In this document: positions 1-9,345 of the stretch, in pieces
Numbering within the stretch: position 1 is the stretch's first letter
How the letters are laid out: every line of letters begins with the position of its first letter
DNA from: Patescibacteria group bacterium
GTDB taxonomy: Bacteria; Patescibacteriota; Patescibacteriia; Patescibacteriales; UBA12075
Direction of reading: 5' to 3'
Assembly (NCBI GenBank): GCA_034722035.1
Contig: JAYENK010000014.1
Location: forward strand, 1-50,986
Length of the DNA stretch: 50,986 nucleotides
Translations under genes and position numbers: made by a program
Notes under the pieces: generated by a model
What the model was told of the DNA's origin: nothing
What the model saw: only the letters and a program-made list of their open reading frames with translations
Databases searched by the model: none

Positions 1-228
1 AATAATGAGTTTGGTGAAAGTTTAGATGAAATAAAAGAAAGAATTAGTCAGCTTAATTTGTTGTTAAAAAATAATACTGGTTTGTTAATTATTTCCCATA
101 CATTTTTTTTGAAATTATTTTTAATATTTAAAAAAGAACCATTACTTTTTAATAGTCCGGAAATAATAAAGAAATATATTAACCCAAAAGAAAAAATAAT
201 AGAATTTGGTGAAGTAATTGGTCTGTAG
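1..228 (+). CDS. 3' end of a gene cut by the window edge; histidine phosphatase (phosphoglycerate-mutase-like) family C-terminus
   Basis: Frame 1 is open from base 1 to TAG at 226-228. The translation GESLDEIKERISQL..LLIISHTFFLKLFL resembles the GES...R...L...VSHGG.IR half of histidine phosphatases. Confidence 0.4.
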   Translation, partial: NNEFGESLDEIKERISQLNLLLKNNTGLLIISHTFFLKLFLIFKKEPLLFNSPEIIKKYINPKEKIIEFGEVIGL

Positions 229-266
229 TATTAGACATTTATTGGTTTTTGTTAATGCAAAAGCTA

Positions 267-295
267 TTGACTGATATTGAATTTTATGTTAATAT
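267..295 (+). promoter_or_regulatory. Candidate sigma70-type promoter upstream of tRNA-Asp
   Basis: TTGACT (267-272), 17-nt spacer, TAATAT (290-295), about 75 nt upstream of the tRNA. Confidence 0.35.
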
Positions 296-369
296 CTTTA
301 AAGATAGTCGAGTGGCATGACTGTCTTTTTCATTTTTTATTTATTTTTATATAAGTAAAAATTTATTGT

Positions 370-443
370 GGAGCGGTAGTTCAGCTGGTTAGAACGCCTG
401 CCTGTCACGCAGGAGGTCGCGGGTTCGAGTCCCGTCCGTTCCG
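370..443 (+). tRNA. tRNA-Asp (anticodon GTC)
   Basis: GGAGCGGTAGTTCAGCTGGTTAGAACGCCTGCCTGTCACGCAGGAGGTCGCGGGTTCGAGTCCCGTCCGTTCCG folds as a cloverleaf with anticodon loop CTGTCAC. It is nearly identical to canonical bacterial tRNA-Asp. No CCA is encoded. Confidence 0.95.
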
Positions 444-447
444 CATA

Positions 448-479
448 CAAAAATACACTCCTTTCGGAGTGTATTTTTA
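448..479. terminator. Bidirectional intrinsic terminator hairpin between the convergent tRNA-Asp and tRNA-Ala
   Basis: AAAATACACTCC-TTTC-GGAGTGTATTTT is a 12-bp stem with an A-run on one side and a T-run on the other. Confidence 0.6.
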
Positions 480-483
480 TCTG

Positions 484-557
484 TGGACCGTGAGGGATTC
501 GAACCCTCGATCTCCTGCTTGCAAAGCAGGCATTCTAACCAACTGAACTAACGGCCC
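484..557 (-). tRNA. tRNA-Ala (anticodon TGC)
   Basis: The reverse complement GGGCCGTTAGCTCAGTTGGTTAGAATGCCTGCTTTGCAAGCAGGAGATCGAGGGTTCGAATCCCTCACGGTCCA has anticodon loop TTTGCAA. The G3:U70 Ala identity pair is present. No CCA is encoded. Confidence 0.95.
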
Positions 558-562
558 ATATT

Positions 563-814
563 TTATTGCATATTATATTTTGTTAGCGGGCTTAGTGCCC
601 AGCCCATGAAACCATCGATTGAACCGGTGGCTGATAAAATTCCAAGAAATATGAAGATTATTCCAATCAATTTGTACCCTAGGCGTGATCCGCCGGATGT
701 GCCAAGCTTTCTTTCAAAAAATTCATTCCGTCCAAAATTATTTACCATCCATTCGGTTTTATAAATAATCGTCAAACCAATCACAATTAAAATTAAACCA
801 ATAAAAAATTTCAT
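563..814 (-). CDS. Small hypothetical membrane protein (two hydrophobic segments)
   Basis: 83-aa ATG-initiated ORF with hydrophobic N- and C-terminal segments (FIGLILIVIGLTII, LIGIIFIFLGILSA). No recognisable family. Confidence 0.5.
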   Translation of the reverse strand: MKFFIGLILIVIGLTIIYKTEWMVNNFGRNEFFERKLGTSGGSRLGYKLIGIIFIFLGILSATGSIDGFMGWALSPLTKYNMQ

Positions 815-823
815 AAATTAGCA

Positions 824-2158
824 TCATTTTATATAATTCAAAGGATTATATCTCTTGTTATTGATAATTATTTCAAAATGTAAATGCGAACCTGTTGACC
901 AACCGGTTGAACCCATCCCGGCAATGGTTTGCCCCTTGTTAACAAGATCGCCCCTTTTCACATAAAATTTAGACAAATGAGCGTAACGAGTTTTTTTGCC
1001 TCCACCATGATCAATTACGATTTGATTACCATAACCGGTTCCCCAGCCAAGCACTTCAATCGTACCAGCATCAGCCGCATAAATTGCCGTACCGATATTG
1101 TTCGCAATGTCCAGTCCATGATGGCGCCAGGAATAATATTGGGAAATACGCCCGCTGGCGGTCGGCCAATTCATTTTATTGCCACTCGCCGGTACCGCAT
1201 TAGGCTTTTTGACAATATCTGTAATTGCGGAAAAGCCGGTATAAGTTTTTGGCGCATATTTTTGTTCGGCTTTTTTGTAGCCATCCGGAATAAGTAAGTG
1301 CCGGCCGATTTTTAAAGTATCTCCGCTTGCAAGAGCATTGGCTTCCATAATAGCATCTTCTTCTACGTCATACTTTTTGGCAATCATGGTAATATTATCA
1401 CCTTTTATAATCGTATGATTAAGGCCGGTAAAAGGCAGAATTTTTAAAATGTCTCCCGGTCGGATAATACTGTGGGCTGATTTATTATTTTCCCACAAAA
1501 TTGTATTTACACTTACTCCGTATGTTTGCGCAATCGTGCTGACGGTGTTTCCAGGCAAAACCATATAGTCAATTGTTTTGGTACGCGCTTGTTTGGTTAT
1601 ATTAGTTTTGGTCAATTCCGGTTTAATAATACTGCCACTACTCTGAATAGTCGGAATTTCGACTGTTTTATCAATTTTTTTCAGACTTATTTTGGGTTGA
1701 GCCCGAAAACTATCAAGATTATCTAAATATTTTTGCTGCGAAGGCGAAATGACGGCTTCTTTATCAAATGTTTCTAAGATAAGCTGTTGATTATCTTCCA
1801 GTCCGCTAAACTCACTCTGAATAATCCGCGATAAAATAGTCTGATTAATTTTATCATTAAAACCACTCGCCCTGGTCTTTGGTGTTAAATTAATAAACAA
1901 TAAAGACACGGTTACAATAATAACAATAACATGAACAAATTTTTGATTGAAAAGAAAAGAAAAAAAACTGTATTCCAAGCCACGCCATCCTAAACGACGG
2001 CATACTATTCTGGTATTTGCATAAAGCTTTACTATTATCAAATAAAAAAAACGGCGAAATAGCCAAGAGCTTGGTTTCACCAAAATAAATGTAAAAAAAA
2101 CAGTTAGCACTTTTTTTATAAATACTAAAGCATTTATAAAATTAAGTAATATTAGCAC
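824..2158 (-). CDS. LysM-domain M23 family metallopeptidase (cell-wall endopeptidase). The start is uncertain: the track start is GTG and the true start may be downstream.
   Basis: Two LysM-like repeats (YMVLPGNTVSTIAQTYGVSVNTILWEN; HTIIKGDNITMIAKKYDVEEDAIMEAN). The C-terminal M23 motifs are HHGLDIA ... GSTGWSTGSHLHFEI. There is an N-terminal TM segment. Confidence 0.85.
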   Translation of the reverse strand: MLILLNFINALVFIKKVLTVFFTFILVKPSSWLFRRFFYLIIVKLYANTRIVCRRLGWRGLEYSFFSFLFNQKFVHVIVIIVTVSLLFINLTPKTRASGFNDKINQTILSRIIQSEFSGLEDNQQLILETFDKEAVISPSQQKYLDNLDSFRAQPKISLKKIDKTVEIPTIQSSGSIIKPELTKTNITKQARTKTIDYMVLPGNTVSTIAQTYGVSVNTILWENNKSAHSIIRPGDILKILPFTGLNHTIIKGDNITMIAKKYDVEEDAIMEANALASGDTLKIGRHLLIPDGYKKAEQKYAPKTYTGFSAITDIVKKPNAVPASGNKMNWPTASGRISQYYSWRHHGLDIANNIGTAIYAADAGTIEVLGWGTGYGNQIVIDHGGGKKTRYAHLSKFYVKRGDLVNKGQTIAGMGSTGWSTGSHLHFEIIINNKRYNPLNYIK

Positions 2159-2328
2159 AATAACCGGTAACCATCTATTTCTGTCCTTGCTCTTTTTTCT
2201 CCGGCTATATTTGGAATATCGATACTGTTGTATATGTTTATGATTTTATACTATAATGATATTATAGATTAACAACGTAAAAAATAATAACATTAAAATT
2301 AACAATAGTCAAACTGAAGTTTAAATAT

Positions 2329-2544
2329 ATGGAAGATATTATTCAAGACATTTCAAAGCTGATTAAGAAAAAAATGCAAGAGCAGGGAGTTTATGATCGA
2401 GAAGGCTACCGCAATCTGGTTAACGAAAGTATGGATTATTTTGTTAGCAAAGGCAAGCTAATCGATGACGACAATCTGGAGTTTATTGAGGATCGCTTAC
2501 TCGAACTTTATTCTCAGTTTAGCGAAGAACTAAGCGAGGACTAG
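2329..2544 (+). CDS. Hypothetical small acidic protein
   Basis: 71-aa ATG ORF with coding-like composition that fills the gap between divergent genes. No family recognised. Confidence 0.45.
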   Translation: MEDIIQDISKLIKKKMQEQGVYDREGYRNLVNESMDYFVSKGKLIDDDNLEFIEDRLLELYSQFSEELSED

Positions 2545-2546
2545 GG

Positions 2547-4337
2547 CTACACTTTTATTACAACCGGCAATACCATCGGTCGTCTTTTGGTTTTAATAAA
2601 TAAAAATTTGCCAATTTCATTACGAATTTTATTTTTGATATGATCTGTATCAGCTGACGTGCGTGAATCGTAATCTTTCACGATTTTTTTTATTTTTTTA
2701 CGCGTGTCCTCAATTAAAGCTCGGTTTTCTTTCATATAAACAAAACCGCGAGAAATAATATCCGGGTTTCCAATCGGTTCCCCAGTCTTGGAGTCAATTG
2801 TAGTAATTGCCACAATCATTCCGTCTTCTGCCATAACGCGCCTGTCTCGTAAAACAATATTACTTACATCTCCAACCCCAAGTCCGTCTACCATTACATA
2901 GTCGGACAAAACTTTTTCTTTACTCAATTTTCCAACTAAATTATTGCCTTGCTTGGAAAATTCCAGCACTTGACCATTATCCGGCACAAAAATATTTTCC
3001 TCCGGAATTCCAACCTGTATCGCTAAATCCGCGTGCGCTTGCAACATATAATGACTACCCTCAATTGGCACAAAGAATTTTGGTTTGAGCAAGCGCATCA
3101 TCAGCTTAAGATCTTCTTGCTTGGCATGACCACCGGCATGAACATCCATCATTTTGTAATGGACTATTCGCGCTCCTTGTCGTACCACCATATCTTTAAG
3201 TGCTTGAATACTGCGTTCATTGCCGGGAATAACCGAAGAAGAAAAAATTACCGTGTCGCCCTTTTTAAGCTGGATTGTTTTGTGTTCTCGGCTCACCACT
3301 CTTCTGAGAAAAGCATTGCTCTCACCTTGAGCGCCGGTACCAAGAATCATTACTTTATTGTCGGGTAATCGCTTTAAGTCGGCATCACGAATCAAAAGAT
3401 TTGGGCTAAATTTTAAATAGCCGATTTTATGAGCAATTTCAACGTTGTTATTCATACTCCGTCCTTGTAGATATATTTTACGGTTATGTTTTTTGGCTAT
3501 ATCAAAGATTTTTTGAATACGGCTAAGCTGACTGGCAAAAGTACCGATAATAATTCGACCTTGCAGATTTTCAAAAATGCGGTCAATTTCGTCGCCAATG
3601 GTCGACTCGGATAATTGATAACCGGGACTGTTTGAGTCAGTCGAATCAGACATCATTAATTCAACCCCGCGACTGCCCAAAAGAGCAATTCGATTTAAAT
3701 CGGCCGGTTTGTCATTTACCGGCGAATAATCAATTTTAAAATCGCCGGTATGAACAATTGTACCGATTGGAGTTTTAACAATAACCGCAAAAGAATCTGG
3801 AATAGAATGGTTTACTCGTAAAAATTCCACTTGTAAGCTACGACCAATTTTAACTCTTTTGGTGTCGTTAATTTCAGCAATATTCAACTGGGGACATTTT
3901 TGATATTCTTCACAGCGCTTACGAATAAGGCCAGCGGTTAATTTTCCGGTATAAAGCGGTGGATTGCCGATTTTACCCATAATATGCGGGATTGCTCCAA
4001 TATGGTCCATGTGTCCATGCGTAATAACCACGCCTTTAACCCAATCGATTTTATTCTCCAAATAGTTTATATTGGGAATAATATAATCAATCCCGGGCAT
4101 ATCTTCTTCCGGAAATTGTAAACCCATATCAATTATCATAATTTCTTTGTCGTATTCGATCAAAGTCATGTTGCGTCCGACTTCTTCTAATCCGCCTAAA
4201 ACAATTACCCGTAATTTCCCTTCTTGGAATACGGTTTTTGTCTTCGTTGGTTTTTTGTATGTTTGTGTGCTTCGATTTTCAGGTGCCTGCTTAGCAGCCC
4301 CCCCGAATCGAGCTTTTGGTTTATAAGTTCTAATCAT
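2547..4337 (-). CDS. rnj: Ribonuclease J (metallo-beta-lactamase / beta-CASP RNase) with a basic N-terminal extension
   Basis: 596 aa. It has the THGHMDHIGAIPH metallo-beta-lactamase motif, the overall RNase J pattern (LGGLEEVGRNM ... GDFKID ... HxSGH-like HAGGHAKQEDL) and the C-terminal domain. Confidence 0.9.
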   Translation of the reverse strand: MIRTYKPKARFGGAAKQAPENRSTQTYKKPTKTKTVFQEGKLRVIVLGGLEEVGRNMTLIEYDKEIMIIDMGLQFPEEDMPGIDYIIPNINYLENKIDWVKGVVITHGHMDHIGAIPHIMGKIGNPPLYTGKLTAGLIRKRCEEYQKCPQLNIAEINDTKRVKIGRSLQVEFLRVNHSIPDSFAVIVKTPIGTIVHTGDFKIDYSPVNDKPADLNRIALLGSRGVELMMSDSTDSNSPGYQLSESTIGDEIDRIFENLQGRIIIGTFASQLSRIQKIFDIAKKHNRKIYLQGRSMNNNVEIAHKIGYLKFSPNLLIRDADLKRLPDNKVMILGTGAQGESNAFLRRVVSREHKTIQLKKGDTVIFSSSVIPGNERSIQALKDMVVRQGARIVHYKMMDVHAGGHAKQEDLKLMMRLLKPKFFVPIEGSHYMLQAHADLAIQVGIPEENIFVPDNGQVLEFSKQGNNLVGKLSKEKVLSDYVMVDGLGVGDVSNIVLRDRRVMAEDGMIVAITTIDSKTGEPIGNPDIISRGFVYMKENRALIEDTRKKIKKIVKDYDSRTSADTDHIKNKIRNEIGKFLFIKTKRRPMVLPVVIKV

Positions 4338-4425
4338 AAATTGTGTTTAATTAAATTGTTTGTATTAAATTTTATTAAGAGGAACCCTGTTTGCTGTGTT
4401 GACAGACAGGATAAAAATAAAAATG

Positions 4426-4509
4426 TGCCGAGAAGAGGATTTGAACCTCCACGAGCTTACGCTCACTAGCACCTGAAGCTAGCGTGTATACCAATTTCAC
4501 CATCTCGGC
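4426..4509 (-). tRNA. tRNA-Leu (anticodon CAG), class II with a long variable arm
   Basis: The reverse complement is GCCGAGATGGTGAAATTGGTATACACGCTAGCTTCAGGTGCTAGTGAGCGTAAGCTCGTGGAGGTTCAAATCCTCTTCTCGGCA. The anticodon loop is TTCAGGT and the long extra arm is typical of Leu. Confidence 0.9.
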
Positions 4510-4521
4510 TTACTTAATTGT

Positions 4522-6465
4522 TTAATCCCAGACGAGTTTTTTGCCGGTTTTTAGATACCAATCATTGATATTGGAGAAGCGGTCTTTGGGGGTAAAGATA
4601 TTTTTTACTTGAAAGCCTTTTAAATTATTACTTTGAATATAAGTATAAATTGGCGAGTACATAAATATTGCCGGCGTCTCTTCGGCGATTATTTCTTGAA
4701 AGCGAAAATATTTTTTTTGTCTTTCTCCTTGGTCGAAAATTAAGCGAGCATCTTCTAATAATTTATCAGCTTCCTTATTGACAAAATTAGCAATATTGAA
4801 GCCGTTTTCACCAGTTTGAGATGAATGCCAAAAAGCATAAGGGTCCGGGTCCGCTCCCATCACCTGGCCATAGAACAAAGCGTCAAATTCCCTGGTTTTT
4901 ATCACTTCATTGTTGATGCGTGTAATCGGAACTATATCAATAACTGTTTTTACTCCCAGCTCTTCCCAAAACCCTTTAATTGCTCCCAGGATAAGTTCAT
5001 TTTCATTGCGTTCAACTGTTTTTATTTCTATCACCAAAAAATTATTATCTTTTTTACGCCATTGCCCTTCCCCCATCGCCAGGGTTTCTTTCGCTTCTTT
5101 TTTTGTTTCTTCATCACTTGACTCAAGCTCAGCTTCGGCCGTAGCGATGTTAGCCGAATTAATCTCAACTAATTTCCAGTCAACCGAATCTAGTAATTCT
5201 TCGGCTTTTGTTCTGTTAAAATTATATTTTTCCGTATTCGTGTTAAAGGCAAAATTATTGGCCAAAATCGGTCCATTTGCAATGTAAGCGTTGCTGCCAA
5301 GAACATTGTTGATAATTTCACCCCGGTTTAAGCCAAAAATTAAAGCTTGGCGCACTGCTTTGTCAGCCAAAGCCGGATTGCGTTCTTGATTGAAAAAAAT
5401 TAAAGTTAACTGTGGTAGATATAGTTCATTATAATGATAAGCCTTTGGCGTCAAAATTTGCTCTTTAAGGTCCTGTGGTAAATAGCTAATACCATTAATG
5501 CTGTTTGCATTCAAGGCAGCAATAGCCTCGATAAAGTCTACAAAAAAAACAAAGCTGATATCTACTTTTGGTACTTGCCCATAATAATCGGGATTGCGTG
5601 CCAAATTATATTCTTGAATAATGCCATTTTTATTTTTGCTAAAAGAATCAAATTTATAAGGACCGGAGCCGATTGGCATAATATTCAGTTCGGCCAGAAA
5701 GGCGGATTCGCTGGGCACTTGTGCCCATAAATCAGCCGGTAATATGCCGAATGTTAATATTTCCAAAAAAGCGACATAAGGTTCAGATAAAATTAATTTA
5801 AAGCTATAGTCGTCCAGACGAACTGTATCTACTCCGACTAAGCTGGGACGAAGCAAGGATTTATATTGTTGATCCTGGATTGCCGCAATTGTAAATAAAA
5901 TATCATCAACATTCAGCTTTGCCCCATCGTGCCAATAAACATTATCACGAATATAAAAAGTGTATTCTTTATTATCTTCTGATATGCTATAATTTTCGAG
6001 CAAATCCTTTTTAAGTTCGCCATTCTTGCCCCGCTTGAATAGCGACGAATAAACCAAAGCGGCAATATCATTGTCCACATCGTTAATGCTTGCATAAAGC
6101 GGATTAATGTGCTTAGGAGAACCAATCAATCCTTCGGTATATACTCCGCCCGAAATCGGTACAATTTGTAAATTGTTAAAATAAAAAGAAACAGAAAGAT
6201 AGAAAACGCTCAGAAAAATCAAAAGTACAGCTCCGTAAACAATCCACTTTTCTGTCAAGCTCAAATATTTATTGATATATTTGAATTGACGCCAAGTTGG
6301 TATACGTGATTTTGACAAAGAATAAATCAATTTTTTGTCATAATCGGCTTGTGTTTCAGATAGATTTTTAAAATGCAAAAAAAGTTTTAATTTAACTAAA
6401 AAAGTTTGTTTCTTATTTTTTAAGAAATTAATTATTTTTTTGGACAGATAGGTAATTGAAGCCAC
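4522..6465 (-). CDS. ABC transporter substrate-binding protein, family 5 (peptide/nickel type), membrane-anchored. GTG start in the track.
   Basis: 647 aa with an N-terminal TM segment. Family-5 SBP-like blocks are present (YTFYIRDNVYWHDG, GSGPYKF, ALFYGQ..GADPDPYAFWHSSQ). No permease or ATPase genes are adjacent. Confidence 0.75.
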   Translation of the reverse strand: MASITYLSKKIINFLKNKKQTFLVKLKLFLHFKNLSETQADYDKKLIYSLSKSRIPTWRQFKYINKYLSLTEKWIVYGAVLLIFLSVFYLSVSFYFNNLQIVPISGGVYTEGLIGSPKHINPLYASINDVDNDIAALVYSSLFKRGKNGELKKDLLENYSISEDNKEYTFYIRDNVYWHDGAKLNVDDILFTIAAIQDQQYKSLLRPSLVGVDTVRLDDYSFKLILSEPYVAFLEILTFGILPADLWAQVPSESAFLAELNIMPIGSGPYKFDSFSKNKNGIIQEYNLARNPDYYGQVPKVDISFVFFVDFIEAIAALNANSINGISYLPQDLKEQILTPKAYHYNELYLPQLTLIFFNQERNPALADKAVRQALIFGLNRGEIINNVLGSNAYIANGPILANNFAFNTNTEKYNFNRTKAEELLDSVDWKLVEINSANIATAEAELESSDEETKKEAKETLAMGEGQWRKKDNNFLVIEIKTVERNENELILGAIKGFWEELGVKTVIDIVPITRINNEVIKTREFDALFYGQVMGADPDPYAFWHSSQTGENGFNIANFVNKEADKLLEDARLIFDQGERQKKYFRFQEIIAEETPAIFMYSPIYTYIQSNNLKGFQVKNIFTPKDRFSNINDWYLKTGKKLVWD

Positions 6466-6483
6466 AATTCAGGCTTTAAATTA

Positions 6484-6696
6484 TTATATAATCACAATCG
6501 CTAATGAAATTACAAAAAAGCAAACAGATAAAACGATTGTTGTGTAAAAAAGTTTTTTTTCAAGACCGCGTTTGCTTGCATATACATTACCGCCGCCGCC
6601 AAATAAACCAGACACACCTGCGCCCCGATTCTGCATCAAAATTACCACAATCAAAGCAATCGCAATCGCAATTTGCAATAAATTAAAAATATCCAT
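6484..6696 (-). CDS. secG: Preprotein translocase subunit SecG
   Basis: 70 aa with two TM segments and the characteristic LMQ.RGAG.SG.FGGGG loop. Confidence 0.8.
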   Translation of the reverse strand: MDIFNLLQIAIAIALIVVILMQNRGAGVSGLFGGGGNVYASKRGLEKKLFYTTIVLSVCFFVISLAIVII

Positions 6697-6717
6697 ATAT
6701 TAATGAAGGCTAATAAA

Positions 6718-7071
6718 TTATTTAGAAGCTTGAGCCTTTTTTACAATCGTGTCTAAGACCTTTTTATTATTTACTGCTAAATCAGCTAAAATCTTACGGT
6801 CAAGTTTAATTTTCTTTTTTGTAAGTGCGTCAATAAATCTTGAATAAGATAAACCGCGTTCGCGGACAAAGGCGTTAATTTTTATATTCCACAAAGCTCG
6901 AAAATCACGTTTGCGTTTACGTCGATCCATAAAAGTGTGGGCGCCGGCCTTAACGCGTGCCTCTTTAGCTTGTTTGATTAAATTTTTTCGTCCCCATTTG
7001 TACCCTTTGGTTGCTTTTAACAGTTTTCTTCTTCTTTTTGTGTGGGTCGTACCCCGTTTTACTCTTGGCAT
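6718..7071 (-). CDS. rplT: 50S ribosomal protein L20
   Basis: MPRVKRGT..KRRRK.LK..KGY.G is the canonical L20 N-terminus. The gene lies in the infC-rpmI-rplT arrangement. Confidence 0.95.
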   Translation of the reverse strand: MPRVKRGTTHTKRRRKLLKATKGYKWGRKNLIKQAKEARVKAGAHTFMDRRKRKRDFRALWNIKINAFVRERGLSYSRFIDALTKKKIKLDRKILADLAVNNKKVLDTIVKKAQASK

Positions 7072-7072
7072 A

Positions 7073-7270
7073 TTAATTGTACGGCATTAATGTTTTAATG
7101 GTTTTTTTAAGGTTATCATCAGTATTAACATCACGACGCTTGTTGCGTTTGATTTTACCCGATTCGCGCGTGTTAAAATGATCTTGTCCGGCTTTACGTT
7201 GTTTTATAGTACCTTTTTGGGTTATTTTAAAACGTTTTGCAGTCGCCTTATGTGTTTTAATCTTCGGCAT
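7073..7270 (-). CDS. rpmI: 50S ribosomal protein L35
   Basis: MPKIKTHKATAKRFKIT.KG is the canonical L35 N-terminus. 65 aa. Confidence 0.95.
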   Translation of the reverse strand: MPKIKTHKATAKRFKITQKGTIKQRKAGQDHFNTRESGKIKRNKRRDVNTDDNLKKTIKTLMPYN

Positions 7271-7307
7271 CCTTTAAAATAATTAAGTATTATTTAATAT
7301 TAGCAAA

Positions 7308-7865
7308 TTATTCTTTCTTATTGACCAGTATCATTGTATAGCGTCCACCCTGTCTTGTCAAGTTTTGTTCACGTTCAATATTGAGTTCATCAATATTTTC
7401 TAATTCTTGAACAAAGCTGTTAATAGCTTCTCTGGCTTTTTCCGGATGAGCGCGCTCTCGTCCTTTGAGTACCAATTCAATTTTAAGTTTGTTTCTTTTG
7501 AGTAAAAATTTTTTGGCTTGTTCCTGACGGAATTTTTTATCATGTTCGGAAATACGAATAGACAGACGGATTCCTTTAATCCCTACTTTTTTTTGTTGAG
7601 TTTTTTGTTTATGCTTTTTCTTTTCTTGCTGATATTTAAATTGACCATAATTCATTATTTTGCAAACCGGTGGTTTTGCCGCCGGATTAACCTCAACCAA
7701 ATCGAGTCCAAGATTTTGTGCTTGCTTCAGTGCGTCTGCCAAAGGAACGTCTGAAATGTTGTCTCCATTTTCATCAATCAAAAAAACTTTATTAGCCCGA
7801 ATTTGTTTATTATAATAAAATCTTTTCTCTGGTTTTGGCTTGGCTTTACGCCAGGTTTTTCGCAT
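7308..7865 (-). CDS. infC: Translation initiation factor IF-3
   Basis: NKQIRANKVFLIDENG ... LDLVEVNPAAKPPVCKIMNYGQFKYQQEKK are canonical IF-3 blocks. The gene sits upstream of rpmI-rplT. Confidence 0.95.
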   Translation of the reverse strand: MRKTWRKAKPKPEKRFYYNKQIRANKVFLIDENGDNISDVPLADALKQAQNLGLDLVEVNPAAKPPVCKIMNYGQFKYQQEKKKHKQKTQQKKVGIKGIRLSIRISEHDKKFRQEQAKKFLLKRNKLKIELVLKGRERAHPEKAREAINSFVQELENIDELNIEREQNLTRQGGRYTMILVNKKE

Positions 7866-7954
7866 AAAGTAAAAATCAGACCCTACAATACAATCGTAGA
7901 GCCTTTATGTAATTTCATAATTATGTTAATATATTACAATATTTTAAAAAATAA

Positions 7955-8239
7955 GTCAAGGGTGAGTCTTGTCTCACGCATAGAAGGGAGAATTTTGATG
8001 ATGATCTTGCGATTGTTGCACCTGACGTTGGCGGAGCGGAAAGAGCCAGAGCTTTTGACAAAAGACTTAATGCTGGTTTGGCGATTGTAGATAAAAGAAG
8101 AAGTGCTCCAGGCAAGGCTAAGGCTATGAACCTGATAGGAGATGTAGTAGGAAAAGTTGCTATTATTCTGGATGATATGTTTGGAGAAGCAATAATCAGG
8201 AGTCATAGCGGGGAGTTAGTAAGTTCATTGTTTCTTTAA
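7955..8239 (+). pseudogene. prs: Decayed remnant of ribose-phosphate pyrophosphokinase (prs): N-terminally truncated with an internal deletion
   Basis: Frame 2 reads DDLAIVAPDVGGAERARAFDKRLNAGLAIVDKRRSAPGKAKAMNLIGDVVGKVAIILDDM|FGEAIIRSHSGELVSSLFL*. This matches the Prs PRPP-binding block (VSPDVGG..RA...IDKRR......GDV.G....DDM). It then jumps directly to the C-terminal LAEAIRRI..EESIS.LF block. There is no start codon for the conserved part and a stop lies at 7952. Confidence 0.6.
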
Positions 8240-8245
8240 TATTTT

Positions 8246-9322
8246 TTATTTTTTTAGTTGGTTTTTAAACCAGTCAACATAAGGAATTTCGGCTGGGTCG
8301 ATTTTGTTTAAGATGCCCAGGTAATAACTAATCCAAGCGCCTAGTTGTAATAGCTCAAAAGATTGGCTGAGTTTGTCTTTGCTTTTTAAATTATAAGATA
8401 GTGTTTCAATGTTATTTTTTTTGATTACTTGATTGGTGAGAGTACTGCGTTTTTGTACGCGCTTATCAAAAAGATTTGATTCAAAAAATAAAGCGATTAT
8501 ATTTTTTTTATTGCTAAGAGGAAAGCCCAGCCCTTCCAGAGTATAATGATTAAGATCCGGTAATTCAAGGTAGGCGGAAAAATTTTTAGAGCATTCATTA
8601 AATTGATTGCGCATAATATGGAGACAACCGAATAAATGCTCGGCGCTTATTAAGAGTGGGATTTTTTTGTGTAGTTTGAGTGCGATTTTTTTGGCAGCGT
8701 TCTGGTTGGTGGCGAAATTTGAGTGTAATTTATGGCTATTTATTTCTAGCATTGCAATAATGTCTTTCATTTGAGGTCGTTTAATTGAAAAAATGCCGGT
8801 TTTGGCCAAAATAACGGCTTGCCCAAAAATAGAATAACCTAGCCCCAAGCGTGGTTGACCGGATGGATTATATTTCGGTTTAAACAAATATCCGGGCAAG
8901 TTTTTCTTCATCATTATTTTTTTGAGTTTGCTTTTTGGGCTGTCTTCAGAGATAGCCGCTATTTTACAGTTTCTTTTTTGTGCTTCCTTGCAAGCCGAGA
9001 GAACCTCTTTGGTTGTGCCGGAATAAGAAGAGAGCAGAACTAGCGTATTTTTATCAACAAAGGCCGGTAAATGATAATTGGCAACAATATTAATCGGCAT
9101 TTTAATTTTGTCGGCGAAAGCTGAGCGGGTAAAATGCGTGCCTAGGTTGGATCCGCCCATGCCGACAACAACAACATTGTTGATATGTGAATAGTTTTTT
9201 GGGATTTTAATTAAATGCGCTTCATTTAATACTTGCCGCATTTGATCTGGCAAAAGTTCGATCGATTTGCCGACAAAATGCGCGTCGAGTTTTTTGTATT
9301 GTTGTTTATTGTCAAGATTCAT
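8246..9322 (-). CDS. Bifunctional phosphoglucose/phosphomannose isomerase family protein (SIS domains)
   Basis: 358 aa. It has the motifs VVVGMGGSNLG and LLSSYSGTTKE and the length typical of the archaeal/bacterial PGI/PMI family. Confidence 0.75.
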   Translation of the reverse strand: MNLDNKQQYKKLDAHFVGKSIELLPDQMRQVLNEAHLIKIPKNYSHINNVVVVGMGGSNLGTHFTRSAFADKIKMPINIVANYHLPAFVDKNTLVLLSSYSGTTKEVLSACKEAQKRNCKIAAISEDSPKSKLKKIMMKKNLPGYLFKPKYNPSGQPRLGLGYSIFGQAVILAKTGIFSIKRPQMKDIIAMLEINSHKLHSNFATNQNAAKKIALKLHKKIPLLISAEHLFGCLHIMRNQFNECSKNFSAYLELPDLNHYTLEGLGFPLSNKKNIIALFFESNLFDKRVQKRSTLTNQVIKKNNIETLSYNLKSKDKLSQSFELLQLGAWISYYLGILNKIDPAEIPYVDWFKNQLKK

Positions 9323-9345
9323 AGAATTAAATATAATTTTTAAGT

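Noticed and set aside
4298-4304. C7/G7 run inside the 5' end of rnj as a second phase-variable tract.
   Set aside because: It lies within the coding sequence of an essential-type housekeeping RNase (codons GGG GGG for Gly-Gly in the N-terminal extension). A frameshift switch there is implausible without evidence of polymorphism.
7803-8206. Track ORFs 7803..8090 (+), 7921..8115 (-) and 7934..8206 (-) as genes in the infC-pgi gap.
   Set aside because: The only frame with recognisable protein similarity is plus frame 2 (the Prs remnant), which lacks a start codon. The listed ORFs are alternative frames over the same decayed sequence.
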